A stretch of 20,000 nt of DNA from positions 307,306 through 327,305 of the forward strand of contig CAYXJN010000003.1 of NCBI GenBank assembly GCA_964464605.1. The letters are read 5' to 3'. The stretch is from an uncultured Ignavibacteriales bacterium (GTDB lineage: Bacteria; Zixibacteria; MSB-5A5; GN15; FEB-12). Positions 1-8,329 of this stretch are shown here, piece by piece. The translations under genes and the position numbers were made by a program. Within the stretch, counting starts at the first letter, position 1, and each line of letters opens with the position of its first letter. The notes beneath the pieces were generated by a model. That model saw nothing but the letters and a program-made list of their open reading frames with translations. It had not been told where the DNA came from and did not search any database.

Positions 1-523
1 TAACGCCGAAGAGCCTGAGAATAAACACGGCAACGCCGGAGAGCGCCTGCGAAATAAACGAGGTGCATTTGATAAAAATATGAATCGGCCGCGCGACAAA
101 AATCGCCCAGCTTTCCGGATGTGAAAGGGCCAGATATTTGGGAATCAATTCACCGAGCACCACCGATGCGACACTGATCGCCAGCGCCACGGAAATCATT
201 GCAATCAACCGCGCGCCATGGGCGATAAACTCAATAGATACCGTCGATAAGGTCGCTTCTAATTTACTGACTATCCCTGCGCCGCCGAATACACCGGCAA
301 GGGTACCCAAAAGCGTAATACCGACCTGGACAGTCGCAAGAAACTTTTCCGGATTTTGACTAAGCTGCTCGGCGATAGAGGCGCCGGCTTTTCCTTCCCG
401 CGCCTTTTGCCTGAGTTTGGTTTTTCGGCTGGCGATAACAGAGAATTCAGAGAGCGCAAAAAAACCATTCGCCAGTATCAAAACGACAATGGCGATGATT
501 TCGTAGGATAATCGACCCTCCAC
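1..523 (-). CDS. CNNM/DUF21 (hemolysin/CorC-like) family membrane protein, N-terminal part; runs off the left edge
   Basis: Not in the ORF track because no stop falls in the window. Manual translation from GTG at 523: MEGRLSYEIIAIVVLILANGFFALSEFSVIASRK...PEKFLATVQVGITLLGTLAG...VVLGELIPKYLAL, containing the family motifs NGFFALSE, FLATVQVGIT and GELIPK. GAGG-like SD upstream. Confidence 0.92.
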   Translation of the reverse strand, partial: MEGRLSYEIIAIVVLILANGFFALSEFSVIASRKTKLRQKAREGKAGASIAEQLSQNPEKFLATVQVGITLLGTLAGVFGGAGIVSKLEATLSTVSIEFIAHGARLIAMISVALAISVASVVLGELIPKYLALSHPESWAIFVARPIHIFIKCTSFISQALSGVAVFILRLFGV

Positions 524-577
524 CTCTTTTACCTCGCGCTGTTCGGTTGGATGTCAGCTATCAGGTATGCCGATGAA

Positions 578-1447
578 TTATCGGGCATAACCCTGCATGT
601 AGACGGCACTGGTAGCCAGTTCACGAAGACGGGCCACTCGCTTTTCCATCGGCGGGTGGGTGCTGAACAAATTGGTCAGGCCGCGACCCGAAAGCGGATT
701 GGCGATCATGAGATGCGCCGTCGCCGGATTTTCATCCAGATTCATCCGCACCGGTGCGCGATGCAGCTTTTCAAGCGCGGTGGCCAGCGGCAGATATTTA
801 CCGGTGATACGGCCTGCTGCTTCATCCGCTTTGTATTCACGTTGACGGGAAATAGCCATTTGAATAACCATCGCAATAATCGGCGCTAAGATCGCCATTA
901 CGATAAGCCCAATCGGACTCCCACCCCGCTCATCCCGATTACCGCCGCCGAAAATTGCAGCAAACTGTGCCATATGAGCAAGCATGCCGATAGCACCGGC
1001 TATCGTCGCTGCCATCGTGGCGATAAGCATATCACGATTGATAATATGACCGACTTCATGTCCGATGACCCCTTCGAGTTCATCATCGTTCAGAAGCTCT
1101 AAAATTCCTTCCGTGGCCGCAACCGCAGCATGTTCCGGATTTCGGCCGGTGGCAAATGCGTTCGGCGCCTTGGACGGAATGATGTACACTTTCGGCATCG
1201 GAATCATCGCCTTTTGCGCGACGCTTTTAGTTATCCGGTACAAACGGGGATGATCCGCTTCCTTGATCTCTTTCCCTTTGTACATGCTCAGGACAATCTT
1301 GTCCGAGAACCAGTACGACACCAAATTCATGACCGCCGCTATGACAAAGGCAATAATCATTCCGGTCTCGCGGCCAATCAAATACCCGACTGCCATAAAC
1401 AACAGCATCAGGCCGACCATAAGAACGAATGTTTTTACCGAATTCAT
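578..1447 (-). CDS. htpX: Zinc metalloprotease HtpX (peptidase M48)
   Basis: PNAFATGRNP, HEVGH (HExxH), ISRQREYKAD and FSTHPP motifs; two N-terminal TM helices. Confidence 0.97.
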   Translation of the reverse strand: MNSVKTFVLMVGLMLLFMAVGYLIGRETGMIIAFVIAAVMNLVSYWFSDKIVLSMYKGKEIKEADHPRLYRITKSVAQKAMIPMPKVYIIPSKAPNAFATGRNPEHAAVAATEGILELLNDDELEGVIGHEVGHIINRDMLIATMAATIAGAIGMLAHMAQFAAIFGGGNRDERGGSPIGLIVMAILAPIIAMVIQMAISRQREYKADEAAGRITGKYLPLATALEKLHRAPVRMNLDENPATAHLMIANPLSGRGLTNLFSTHPPMEKRVARLRELATSAVYMQGYAR

Positions 1448-1478
1448 ACGCTACTCTTTATTTCCTTTCTGTTTACCG

Positions 1479-1507
1479 ATTATACGAAAAAACCGGCTGT
1501 GCGTTGC
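1479..1507 (-). promoter_or_regulatory. Putative htpX promoter: GCAAC-N16-CGTA (ECF-like) overlapping a TATAAT -10
   Basis: The minus strand reads gcggcaac-gcacagccggtttttt-cgtataat, ~30 nt upstream of the ATG. Confidence 0.45.
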
Positions 1508-1556
1508 CGCACTCATACAATCGTTTTTTCGCGGGTAAAGTTCCCGCACAGGTTCG

Positions 1557-3563
1557 CTACTTACCCTGAGGGCGGCGTTTGCCGCGTCCGAAAGAAAGCT
1601 CTCCGGTAACTACCGATTCCTCTTCTGTATTTCCACTCGATGTCGATTCCGAGGTTGATTCACTCTTTACAAAATCCTGGCGCCGTCTGCCGCGACCGTA
1701 CGAGACTTCTCCACCATCGGTAGTTTCTTGTTCCGGAACATTCGGCCGATTTGTTTCGGAAGCGCTTGATTCTGAACCACCTTCCCGTTCAACATGTCTC
1801 GGGCGTGCAGAACGGCCATACGCGACCTGGGATGGTTCCTGTGCTTCCGGTTTATTTTCCTGTGGTGGCGTGTACCGACTTTCCGTTACTATTTCCGGCG
1901 TATGCTGAGCTACCGGTTCTTTTTCAGCAACCTCTGCGCCTGTTTCGGTAGTTTCACGTTCCTGCCGTTCACGCGGGAAACGACGGCGGTCATCACGGTT
2001 TTGGAATCGATTTGGGCGTTCTCCACCTTGAAAACGGCCGCGTCCTTGATGACGTTCACCCCGTTCGTTACGTTCACCACGCTCTTCACGATTCTCGCGT
2101 CCTTCACGCGGTTCTCTATTTTCCCGTCCCTCGCGTGAACGGAAACGGTCAGGACGATCTCCTCTTTCTTTATCACGATCTCTGCCATGACGACGTTCTT
2201 GTCCGCCGGGTGCGCTGCTGCGCTGTTCGGTTGAGCGTTCATCACGATGACGGCGTTCTCTTTGCTCCGAACCCTGATGCTGGCCGCGACGACGGTCATC
2301 CGGTCTGAATCCGGACGGACGATGCTGCGGCGTATGACGCGCTGTCTTTAAATCAAATGATCCGGCAACGACGGCTGCGGCTACGGCTGAACTCATTGTA
2401 TTGATCGGCGCAGCCAAACGGCTCATCAGCCAATCACCGCTCCAGATTACACCCAAAAGGGCGAATGCTTCTGCCGGAAAATTCAGCGCATGAAATAATC
2501 CACCCAACAACACTACCTGTGCCATCGGGAATCCAACCACACCAACCGGAATAAAAATGGCGGTAAGCGCGATAATCACATACTGCCAAATATCGAGTGA
2601 GATGCCTATTGCTTGTACAACAAACAACGTTAAAACAACAGTGAGAATCGTTGAGCCGTGTGTTCCTAAAAGCAAACCGAACGGAAGAGAAAGGCCGCTT
2701 GCACGGCTGTCATCACGCTGTTCAGAAACAGTATGAAACAGAATCGGAAATGCGGCAGTCGATGAACCGGAAGCAAACGCGGTTGCGAGCGCCGGTTTGA
2801 TATTGATCAGATATTTCAGCGGTGATTCTCCGGTCAACAGCCATTGGATTGCGGGAAGCAAAATTAATCCGAACACCCCTAACGCAATCAACAGCGTCGG
2901 TAAAACAGCTGACACAGAATCTAGCATACTCGAAAAAGATGCGGCATTTTTGGCTACGGCCGAGCCAATGATACAGAAAAGACCGATCGGTAGAATCAGA
3001 TTGATAAAATGAACAATCCGCTTCTGCAGGCCCAAAAAAATCGACAGCATATCCACAAACGGACGCCCTTTGAAACCGGCATGGATCAGCACAAGGCCGA
3101 TGGCAAAGCCGAAAAGGAGCAAACCGGCATAATAACCGCTACCGATAGAGCCCGGCAAATTGAGTGGAATGATTCCCTGCAAAATATCACCGAGGGAATG
3201 GGTGAGCGCTTCATCGAAATGCAACATCCCTGCCCCGCTGAACCAGGCGACACCTGTTCCCGGCTGTAAGATAGCGGCGAGTAACAGCGCTACCACGACG
3301 GCAACTGCACCGGTACCGAAGAAATACCAAATCAGCCGTAAAAACGAGCGACCAGCCTTGGCCATGTCGCCAAAGGAGGATACACCGACTACTATTGCCG
3401 TAAACAGTAACGGCGCTACCAACAACTGAAGCGCATGTTCAAACAGCGCTGCGGGGAATGAGGTATGAATCATTATTTGCGGAAAGAAAAGCCCGGCCAC
3501 CCAGCCGAACAGCACACCAGCCGCTACCCCTAAAATTGATCGAATCTGTAATTGATCATTCAT
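1557..3563 (-). CDS. Dicarboxylate/amino acid:cation symporter (DAACS/SDF) family protein, degenerate, with a long charged low-complexity C-terminal tail
   Basis: About 405 aa of DAACS-like membrane domain (LQLLVAPLLFTAIVVGV, QPGTG, LPIGLF, AFASGSSTAAFP), then ~260 aa rich in R/E/G/S. Confidence 0.85.
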   Translation of the reverse strand: MNDQLQIRSILGVAAGVLFGWVAGLFFPQIMIHTSFPAALFEHALQLLVAPLLFTAIVVGVSSFGDMAKAGRSFLRLIWYFFGTGAVAVVVALLLAAILQPGTGVAWFSGAGMLHFDEALTHSLGDILQGIIPLNLPGSIGSGYYAGLLLFGFAIGLVLIHAGFKGRPFVDMLSIFLGLQKRIVHFINLILPIGLFCIIGSAVAKNAASFSSMLDSVSAVLPTLLIALGVFGLILLPAIQWLLTGESPLKYLINIKPALATAFASGSSTAAFPILFHTVSEQRDDSRASGLSLPFGLLLGTHGSTILTVVLTLFVVQAIGISLDIWQYVIIALTAIFIPVGVVGFPMAQVVLLGGLFHALNFPAEAFALLGVIWSGDWLMSRLAAPINTMSSAVAAAVVAGSFDLKTARHTPQHRPSGFRPDDRRRGQHQGSEQRERRHRDERSTEQRSSAPGGQERRHGRDRDKERGDRPDRFRSREGRENREPREGRENREERGERNERGERHQGRGRFQGGERPNRFQNRDDRRRFPRERQERETTETGAEVAEKEPVAQHTPEIVTESRYTPPQENKPEAQEPSQVAYGRSARPRHVEREGGSESSASETNRPNVPEQETTDGGEVSYGRGRRRQDFVKSESTSESTSSGNTEEESVVTGELSFGRGKRRPQGK

Positions 3564-3636
3564 CTGATTGTTTAAAGACCTTTGTTCCTCTGTTTGAGCA
3601 TCATTTGCTCTTGTTTCACCACGTACAGGTGTATAT

Positions 3637-3678
3637 AAAAAATCCGGTCATAGCCCGCCTTCTTGACGGCCCGACCGG
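3637..3678 (-). terminator. Intrinsic terminator-like hairpin plus U-tract (dockerin-gene terminator or DAACS leader attenuator)
   Basis: Minus strand CCGGTC...GACCGG outer stem, CCGTC/GGCGG inner stem, followed by ATTTTTT. Confidence 0.5.
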
Positions 3679-3824
3679 TTATAACGCAACCTGCTACCGC
3701 GCTTGTATTTGCCATATCAGCAGGAGATAAAAATACGAGGAAACAAACCACGCCGCCAATGATTTTTCGAAATACCCCTAATTGATTAGTATACAGTCAG
3801 TTAGTAGAGCGAAACTGAGGTTGT

Positions 3825-4448
3825 TCAGCCTGCAAAAAGCCTGCGAACCAGCATGCTCACATCAGCAATCGTGATTTTCCCGTTATGGTTCATGTCGGCA
3901 GCACCCGGGTCGGCAAGTTGTGACCCACCGCGGAAAAGGTAGCTCGTCAGCTGCGTGAGATCGGCAATGTTCACCCGGTTGTCGGAATTGACGTCACCAG
4001 AAACATGCCCGCGCAACATAATTTCACCCGGAAAGGTAAAATCCAGATTTTGGTCACACTCAGCAGTTACGGTGTAGTCATGCAGCGTACTGTCGTAGAA
4101 TGGAAGGTACCATTCAATAAAATCAAAAATCGGATAGGTCAGTTGGTAGACCTCTCCGGTGAACCCTTCGTAGCCGGGGAGTTTTGTTACAGAAGTCGGA
4201 ATGATGTTTCCGTTGATGCGGAATGTATTCGGCAGAATGGCGTTGATGTTTCCACTTTGAAGATCGCCGACGATGATCGTTCCTTCACCCAGCGGCTCAA
4301 TAGATCCGGTGTAGTATGCATACAGAAGCGTCGGAGCAATTTCTGCACGGCCGGTAACATGTTCAGTCGCAAGCAGAGTAGTACATGACATAACGAGAAT
4401 GCCGATTGCCACTACGAAATTACGGAGTCTATTAGTTACGAGGCTCAT
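3825..4448 (-). CDS. Secreted protein with C-terminal dockerin type I-like domain
   Basis: GGAG SD 6 nt before ATG 4448; signal-peptide-like N-terminus; duplicated Ca-binding repeats GDVNSDNRVNIADLTQLTSYLF and ADMNHNGKITIADVSMLVRRLF. Confidence 0.85.
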   Translation of the reverse strand: MSLVTNRLRNFVVAIGILVMSCTTLLATEHVTGRAEIAPTLLYAYYTGSIEPLGEGTIIVGDLQSGNINAILPNTFRINGNIIPTSVTKLPGYEGFTGEVYQLTYPIFDFIEWYLPFYDSTLHDYTVTAECDQNLDFTFPGEIMLRGHVSGDVNSDNRVNIADLTQLTSYLFRGGSQLADPGAADMNHNGKITIADVSMLVRRLFAG

Positions 4449-4545
4449 GATTGTCTCCATCTGTTCAAACAACCGGCGCAAAATCAAAGACGCGGGCGTG
4501 AGGCAAACCGGTCATTGCGGCTTAGTAGTACACTTTGATACCCTA

Positions 4546-4573
4546 AAGATGCGCAACTATCCGAAACTGTCAA
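4546..4573 (-). promoter_or_regulatory. Putative sigma70 promoter for the dockerin gene (TTGACA-N16-CATCTT)
   Basis: Perfect -35, weak -10, about 100 nt upstream of ATG 4448. Confidence 0.35.
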
Positions 4574-4772
4574 GGAGATTCTTCCTGACGCACCTCCGAG
4601 CTGTGTCAGCAAATCTTAACTCCATTAGCACTTCCCAACATCATTACAGTTTGACAAATCACCTGGTATTTTGTCTATTTCATATACTGTACTATGAAAA
4701 TACGGCACCAACCGGGGTGGGAGCCGGGGGCTAATCCTGCGGAATGCAGGGTTGTATAACGGAGGAGGCATT

Positions 4773-6188
4773 ATGCTAAGAAAACAAAACCTTACACAAA
4801 TCTTTATCCTTCTGCTGCTCTTAGGGGTATGCAGAGGTGCCGGAAGGGCTTCAGGAGAAATGCCTGTCCGCTTTGGGTCTGATATTATCATCGATGAAAT
4901 CCCGCCAGATTTTCAGTCAGGATCGTTTGTGTGTCGAATCACTATCAGACCAGATTCAGGCAGTAAAATAAACCAAGTCGCTTTACACATTAAGGCTGTT
5001 GACCATCTTACCTATTCAGGTCCCTTGGATATTGTTTTATCTGCTTCACCCGCTAACCCCGCTGTTTTTGAATTGCCATTTGAAATGGTCAATTTGGATA
5101 CTGCAGGTATCAAGTATCACCTTGATATAGGTAACGGGAAATACTACTTGGATCACATGGAGCTTTATTGGATTTCCCGTGCTGATTCAGCCCAACGGTA
5201 TACTTCAAATCCGAGAGAATGGGCAAGAGTAAGATTCAAACAAGCACCGGTTGAACATAGATTTGACTATGATTCTATACAAGCTCAGTATGCTAAGATA
5301 CCAGCACAATCTATCACCGGTTTTGTTGATGACAATGGAAAGAAGATTTCCAAAGAGGAATGGAAACGCTTAAGACGCATTCAATATGGTTGGCCACCTG
5401 ACTATGAGCCACCTGATGAACGAATATGGCAATGGACGGATAAGAAAGGGCAACCTATTTTTGATGAAGCGGATTATAACCAATATTGGCTACAGGAACG
5501 TTTGAACGATCCGACCGAGATTTATGATCCGAAAGAAGATCCCAATGTCGTGATTGTGGTTGATAGTGCAACCGGTAAAGAAATGATTTACCACAAACTC
5601 TATTACCGGCGTATTCAGCAAGAAAAAGAGAATGCAATTGCGGACGCCAAACAGCAAGCCAAGATGGATAGCCTTCGCGTTCATTATGATACCTACATTG
5701 CACCTCAAAAGGCTGAGAAAGACTCCTTACATAAGCTTTTAGAAACGCCCGGCATAAATAAAGAGGAAGCCAAAAAGCAATGGAAGGAAAGAAAGCCATT
5801 GGACAAAAGAGAGATTGAGTACCATTGGGTGGACAGTGTCCTTTGGGTGAGAACATTTGGCGAATCAAAATTTAGAATTGCCGATAGGAAACCTTCTTTT
5901 AATAATACGTCGATTGATTCGTCCTTCAAGCACCCGACCTTCACAATCTGGGAAGGAGTTTTGGATTTAAGGACACAAGAAAACTTCAAGATTGCAAAAG
6001 AAATAGCGTTGACTATCAGACCCACAGATTCAACCGGATACTACTGGGTTGCTATGGACAATCAAGGCTTTAATTTATTGGTTAAAGAACGAAAGATTTC
6101 ATTTAAAAGCAAATTTGATAGTCAAATTACGAATAATAGCAGCGTCGGCGATTCATCAATATCCAAAGACAACGTAAAAAAAAAGTAA
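4773..6188 (+). CDS. Hypothetical secreted protein; N-terminal (0-frame) part of a probable frameshifted gene
   Basis: GGAGGAGG SD before ATG 4773; hydrophobic signal peptide; ends ...DNVKKK* inside an A9 run. Visibly more AT-rich than the flanks. Confidence 0.85.
   Translation: MLRKQNLTQIFILLLLLGVCRGAGRASGEMPVRFGSDIIIDEIPPDFQSGSFVCRITIRPDSGSKINQVALHIKAVDHLTYSGPLDIVLSASPANPAVFELPFEMVNLDTAGIKYHLDIGNGKYYLDHMELYWISRADSAQRYTSNPREWARVRFKQAPVEHRFDYDSIQAQYAKIPAQSITGFVDDNGKKISKEEWKRLRRIQYGWPPDYEPPDERIWQWTDKKGQPIFDEADYNQYWLQERLNDPTEIYDPKEDPNVVIVVDSATGKEMIYHKLYYRRIQQEKENAIADAKQQAKMDSLRVHYDTYIAPQKAEKDSLHKLLETPGINKEEAKKQWKERKPLDKREIEYHWVDSVLWVRTFGESKFRIADRKPSFNNTSIDSSFKHPTFTIWEGVLDLRTQENFKIAKEIALTIRPTDSTGYYWVAMDNQGFNLLVKERKISFKSKFDSQITNNSSVGDSSISKDNVKKK
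6176..6188 (+). other. Slippery site: A9 run / A_AAA_AAG heptamer immediately before the stop
   Basis: GTA AAA AAA AAG TAA; the -1 frame is open for 49 codons (6185-6331). Confidence 0.7.
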
Positions 6189-6816
6189 CTTCATTCGCTA
6201 ATTCTTCTCAATCTGTTCTTTTTAGTGAAGGTTTTGAAGCACCCGATGCACAATGGTACCTGAATTGGCCGACTAGGTATGATTATGATGCAGACAGTGG
6301 ACGGGATTACTGGGGTAGATCAAGTACCGGATGATATTAGTATTAAGATTAACGAAAATGTAATCGATTCAGTCTATCATTATCCAGATGGATACGGTGA
6401 TTCTATAACTGTACCCATCGACACAATTTTATCCGTCTTTGCCGATAGGACTATATAAAGGGGCAAATGACAGCATCGATCCGCCTGATAATTTTAATGA
6501 ATTTATACGGGCATGGTATGTTTACTTATCAAAAGGTCACCACAAAGCACTAGAGGACTTACGTGACGAGCATGGCGTAGACAGCTGGTGTTGTTTTGGT
6601 AATAGAGGTAATGTCAACAGTGACAACCAAGGAAGCACCTCAGTTGCAGATATTACTTTCCTTGTTAATTATATTTTCCATAATGGCCAAACACCTCCTT
6701 GCTTCGATGAAGCAAATGTGAATGGTGATGCAACAATAACCATTGCAGACATAAATGTGCTTGTTGGTTACCTATTCAATAACGGACCGGCTCCAGGGCC
6801 TTGTCCGACATACTAG
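6185..6816 (+). pseudogene. Fragmented C-terminal part of the secreted protein, ending in a dockerin-like domain
   Basis: Three protein-like pieces in three frames: VTSFANSSQSVLFSEGFE...DSGRDYWGRSSTG* (6185-6334); PDDISIK...DGYGDSITVPIDTILSVFADRTI* (~6327-6458); ...DPPDNFNEFIRAW...CCFGNRGNVNSD...VADITFLVNYIF...EANVNGD...IADINVLVGYLF...PGPCPTY* (to 6816). No convincing SD or start for the 6439 ORF. Confidence 0.65.
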
Positions 6817-6835
6817 GACTTTCCATATTCTTTAT

Positions 6836-6868
6836 AAGACCGCTTGAGCAATCAGGCGGTCTTTTTTT
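6836..6868 (+). terminator. Rho-independent terminator
   Basis: AAGACCGCTTGA-GCAA-TCAGGCGGTCTT followed by a T run. Confidence 0.9.
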
Positions 6869-6883
6869 GCCGTAAACATGTGA

Positions 6884-6912
6884 TTGTCAAAAGGATACCG
6901 AATCCATATACT
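6884..6912 (+). promoter_or_regulatory. sigma70 promoter, leaderless type (TTGTCA-17-TATACT-6-ATG)
   Basis: -35 at 6884-6889, -10 at 6907-6912, ATG at 6919, no SD. Confidence 0.75.
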
Positions 6913-6918
6913 TACAGT

Positions 6919-8283
6919 ATGGACCTCTTCGACAAATCCGAGGGGCTGACAAAAAAAGCAATCAATCCGCTTTCCCCCTTAGCCGATAAAATGCGTCCGC
7001 AGAGTTTTGATGAGTTTGTCGGACAGCAAAAAATAGTCGGCCCTAACTCCCCCCTACGCAAGGCTATTGATGCTGACCGGGTCAGTTCCTGCATCTTCTG
7101 GGGTCCCCCCGGCAGCGGCAAAACGACATTAGCCGAGCTGATTGCCAAAGCTACCAAAGGGCAGTTTATCCCCTTTTCGGCGGTAACATCGGGGATAAAA
7201 GAAATCAAAGAGGTCATTTCCAAAGCAGGCAGCTTCTACCAACTCAGCGGCAAACGAACTTATATCTTCGTCGATGAAATCCACCGTTTCAACCGCGCCC
7301 AGCAGGATGCCTTTTTACCGTATGTCGAAAAAGGAGATATCATTCTGATCGGGGCTACCACTGAGAATCCGTCCTTTGAGGTTAATTCCGCGCTTCTTTC
7401 CCGAATGCGGGTGTATGTACTTGAGCGACTCACTCCGGATGATATCAAGCAGATTATTCTTCGCGCTCTTTCTGACCCTGAGCGCGGTATCGCCAAACTG
7501 AATCTTACGCTTGGTGATCAAGCCTTAGATTTTATTGCCACTGCTGCCGATGGGGACGCTCGCCGAGGCCTGACGCTCTTGGAAGCGACAGCCGCTTTCC
7601 TGGGGGCAGAAAAGGAAGTAACCGTGGCTGCCCTTACCGAAGTACATCAGCGCGGGATGGCCCTGTACGACAAAGATCGGGAAGAACATTACAATATCAT
7701 TTCCGCCTTGCACAAAACGATTCGGGGGGGCGACCCGGACGCGGCCATCTATTGGCTGGCACGGATGCTCACGGCGGGTGAAGACCCGATGTATGTTCTG
7801 CGTCGGTTGATTCGATTTGCGGTTGAAGATATCGGCCTGGCCGACCCGTACGCGCTCACCCTGGCGTTGAATGCGAAAGAGACCTACGATTTCTTAGGCA
7901 CTCCCGAGGGTGAGCTGGCAATTACTATGCTGGTTATTTACATGGCCTGCGCTCCGAAATCGAATGCTGCCTATATCGCTCATGAAGAAGCCAAAAAAGA
8001 TGCAACGCAAAAAGGGTCGCTGCCGGTACCGATAGATATCCGCAATGCTCCAACTTCGCTGATGAAAGCAGTCGGATACGGTAAAGAATATAAGTATGCC
8101 CATGACTTCACCGATGCGATAACCGATCAAGAGTATTTCCCGTCCGAACTTAAAGGAACCCGCTACTACCACCCGACCGACCGGGGACGCGAATTGAAAA
8201 TCAAAGAATATTTGGGAAAATATCAGCAGATACGCACAGAGCTGATGAAGAAAACCGAATCCTCCTCAATAAAAAAGGGATAG
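6919..8283 (+). CDS. rarA: Replication-associated recombination protein A (MgsA/RarA AAA+ ATPase)
   Basis: PLADKMRP, Walker [37 protein letters not shown] and YKYAHD. Start re-called at MDLF (6919) because the 6844 TTG lies in the terminator. Confidence 0.97.
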   Translation: MDLFDKSEGLTKKAINPLSPLADKMRPQSFDEFVGQQKIVGPNSPLRKAIDADRVSSCIFWGPPGSGKTTLAELIAKATKGQFIPFSAVTSGIKEIKEVISKAGSFYQLSGKRTYIFVDEIHRFNRAQQDAFLPYVEKGDIILIGATTENPSFEVNSALLSRMRVYVLERLTPDDIKQIILRALSDPERGIAKLNLTLGDQALDFIATAADGDARRGLTLLEATAAFLGAEKEVTVAALTEVHQRGMALYDKDREEHYNIISALHKTIRGGDPDAAIYWLARMLTAGEDPMYVLRRLIRFAVEDIGLADPYALTLALNAKETYDFLGTPEGELAITMLVIYMACAPKSNAAYIAHEEAKKDATQKGSLPVPIDIRNAPTSLMKAVGYGKEYKYAHDFTDAITDQEYFPSELKGTRYYHPTDRGRELKIKEYLGKYQQIRTELMKKTESSSIKKG

Positions 8284-8329
8284 CCTTTAGTTCGATATCG
8301 TACGCACCCTCTGATTTAATCCCTACCTC

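Noticed and set aside
1524..1547. GCGGG/CCCGC hairpin between the DAACS gene and htpX as a terminator
   Set aside because: Only a 5-bp stem, followed by an A-run rather than a U-run on the transcribed strand.
2040..2140. Short imperfect repeats as a CRISPR array or VNTR
   Set aside because: They are in-frame, synonymous-diverged coding repeats (REGRENRE, ERGER) with no repeat-spacer structure.
3640..3740. Resemblance to purine (TCGTAT...GATATGG) or SAM-II (GCTGAT...CAAGCGCG) riboswitches
   Set aside because: Required elements are absent (TTTCTACC and the P1 closure; the CGCGC 5' strand and GCTAAA tail).
6332..6340. Selenocysteine or read-through at the TGA ending the -1 frame
   Set aside because: The next codons are TAT TAG, so read-through would gain only two residues.
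6844..6918. ORF-track N-terminal extension of rarA (similarly the starts at 4487, 4752, 8443, 11020, 11912, 17153, 18807 and 19649)
   Set aside because: These extensions run through terminators, promoters or neighbouring genes; the downstream ATGs fit SD, signal-peptide or promoter geometry.
8270..8283. A-run at the end of rarA as a second slippery site
   Set aside because: RarA is complete, and the downstream gene has its own promoter and SD.
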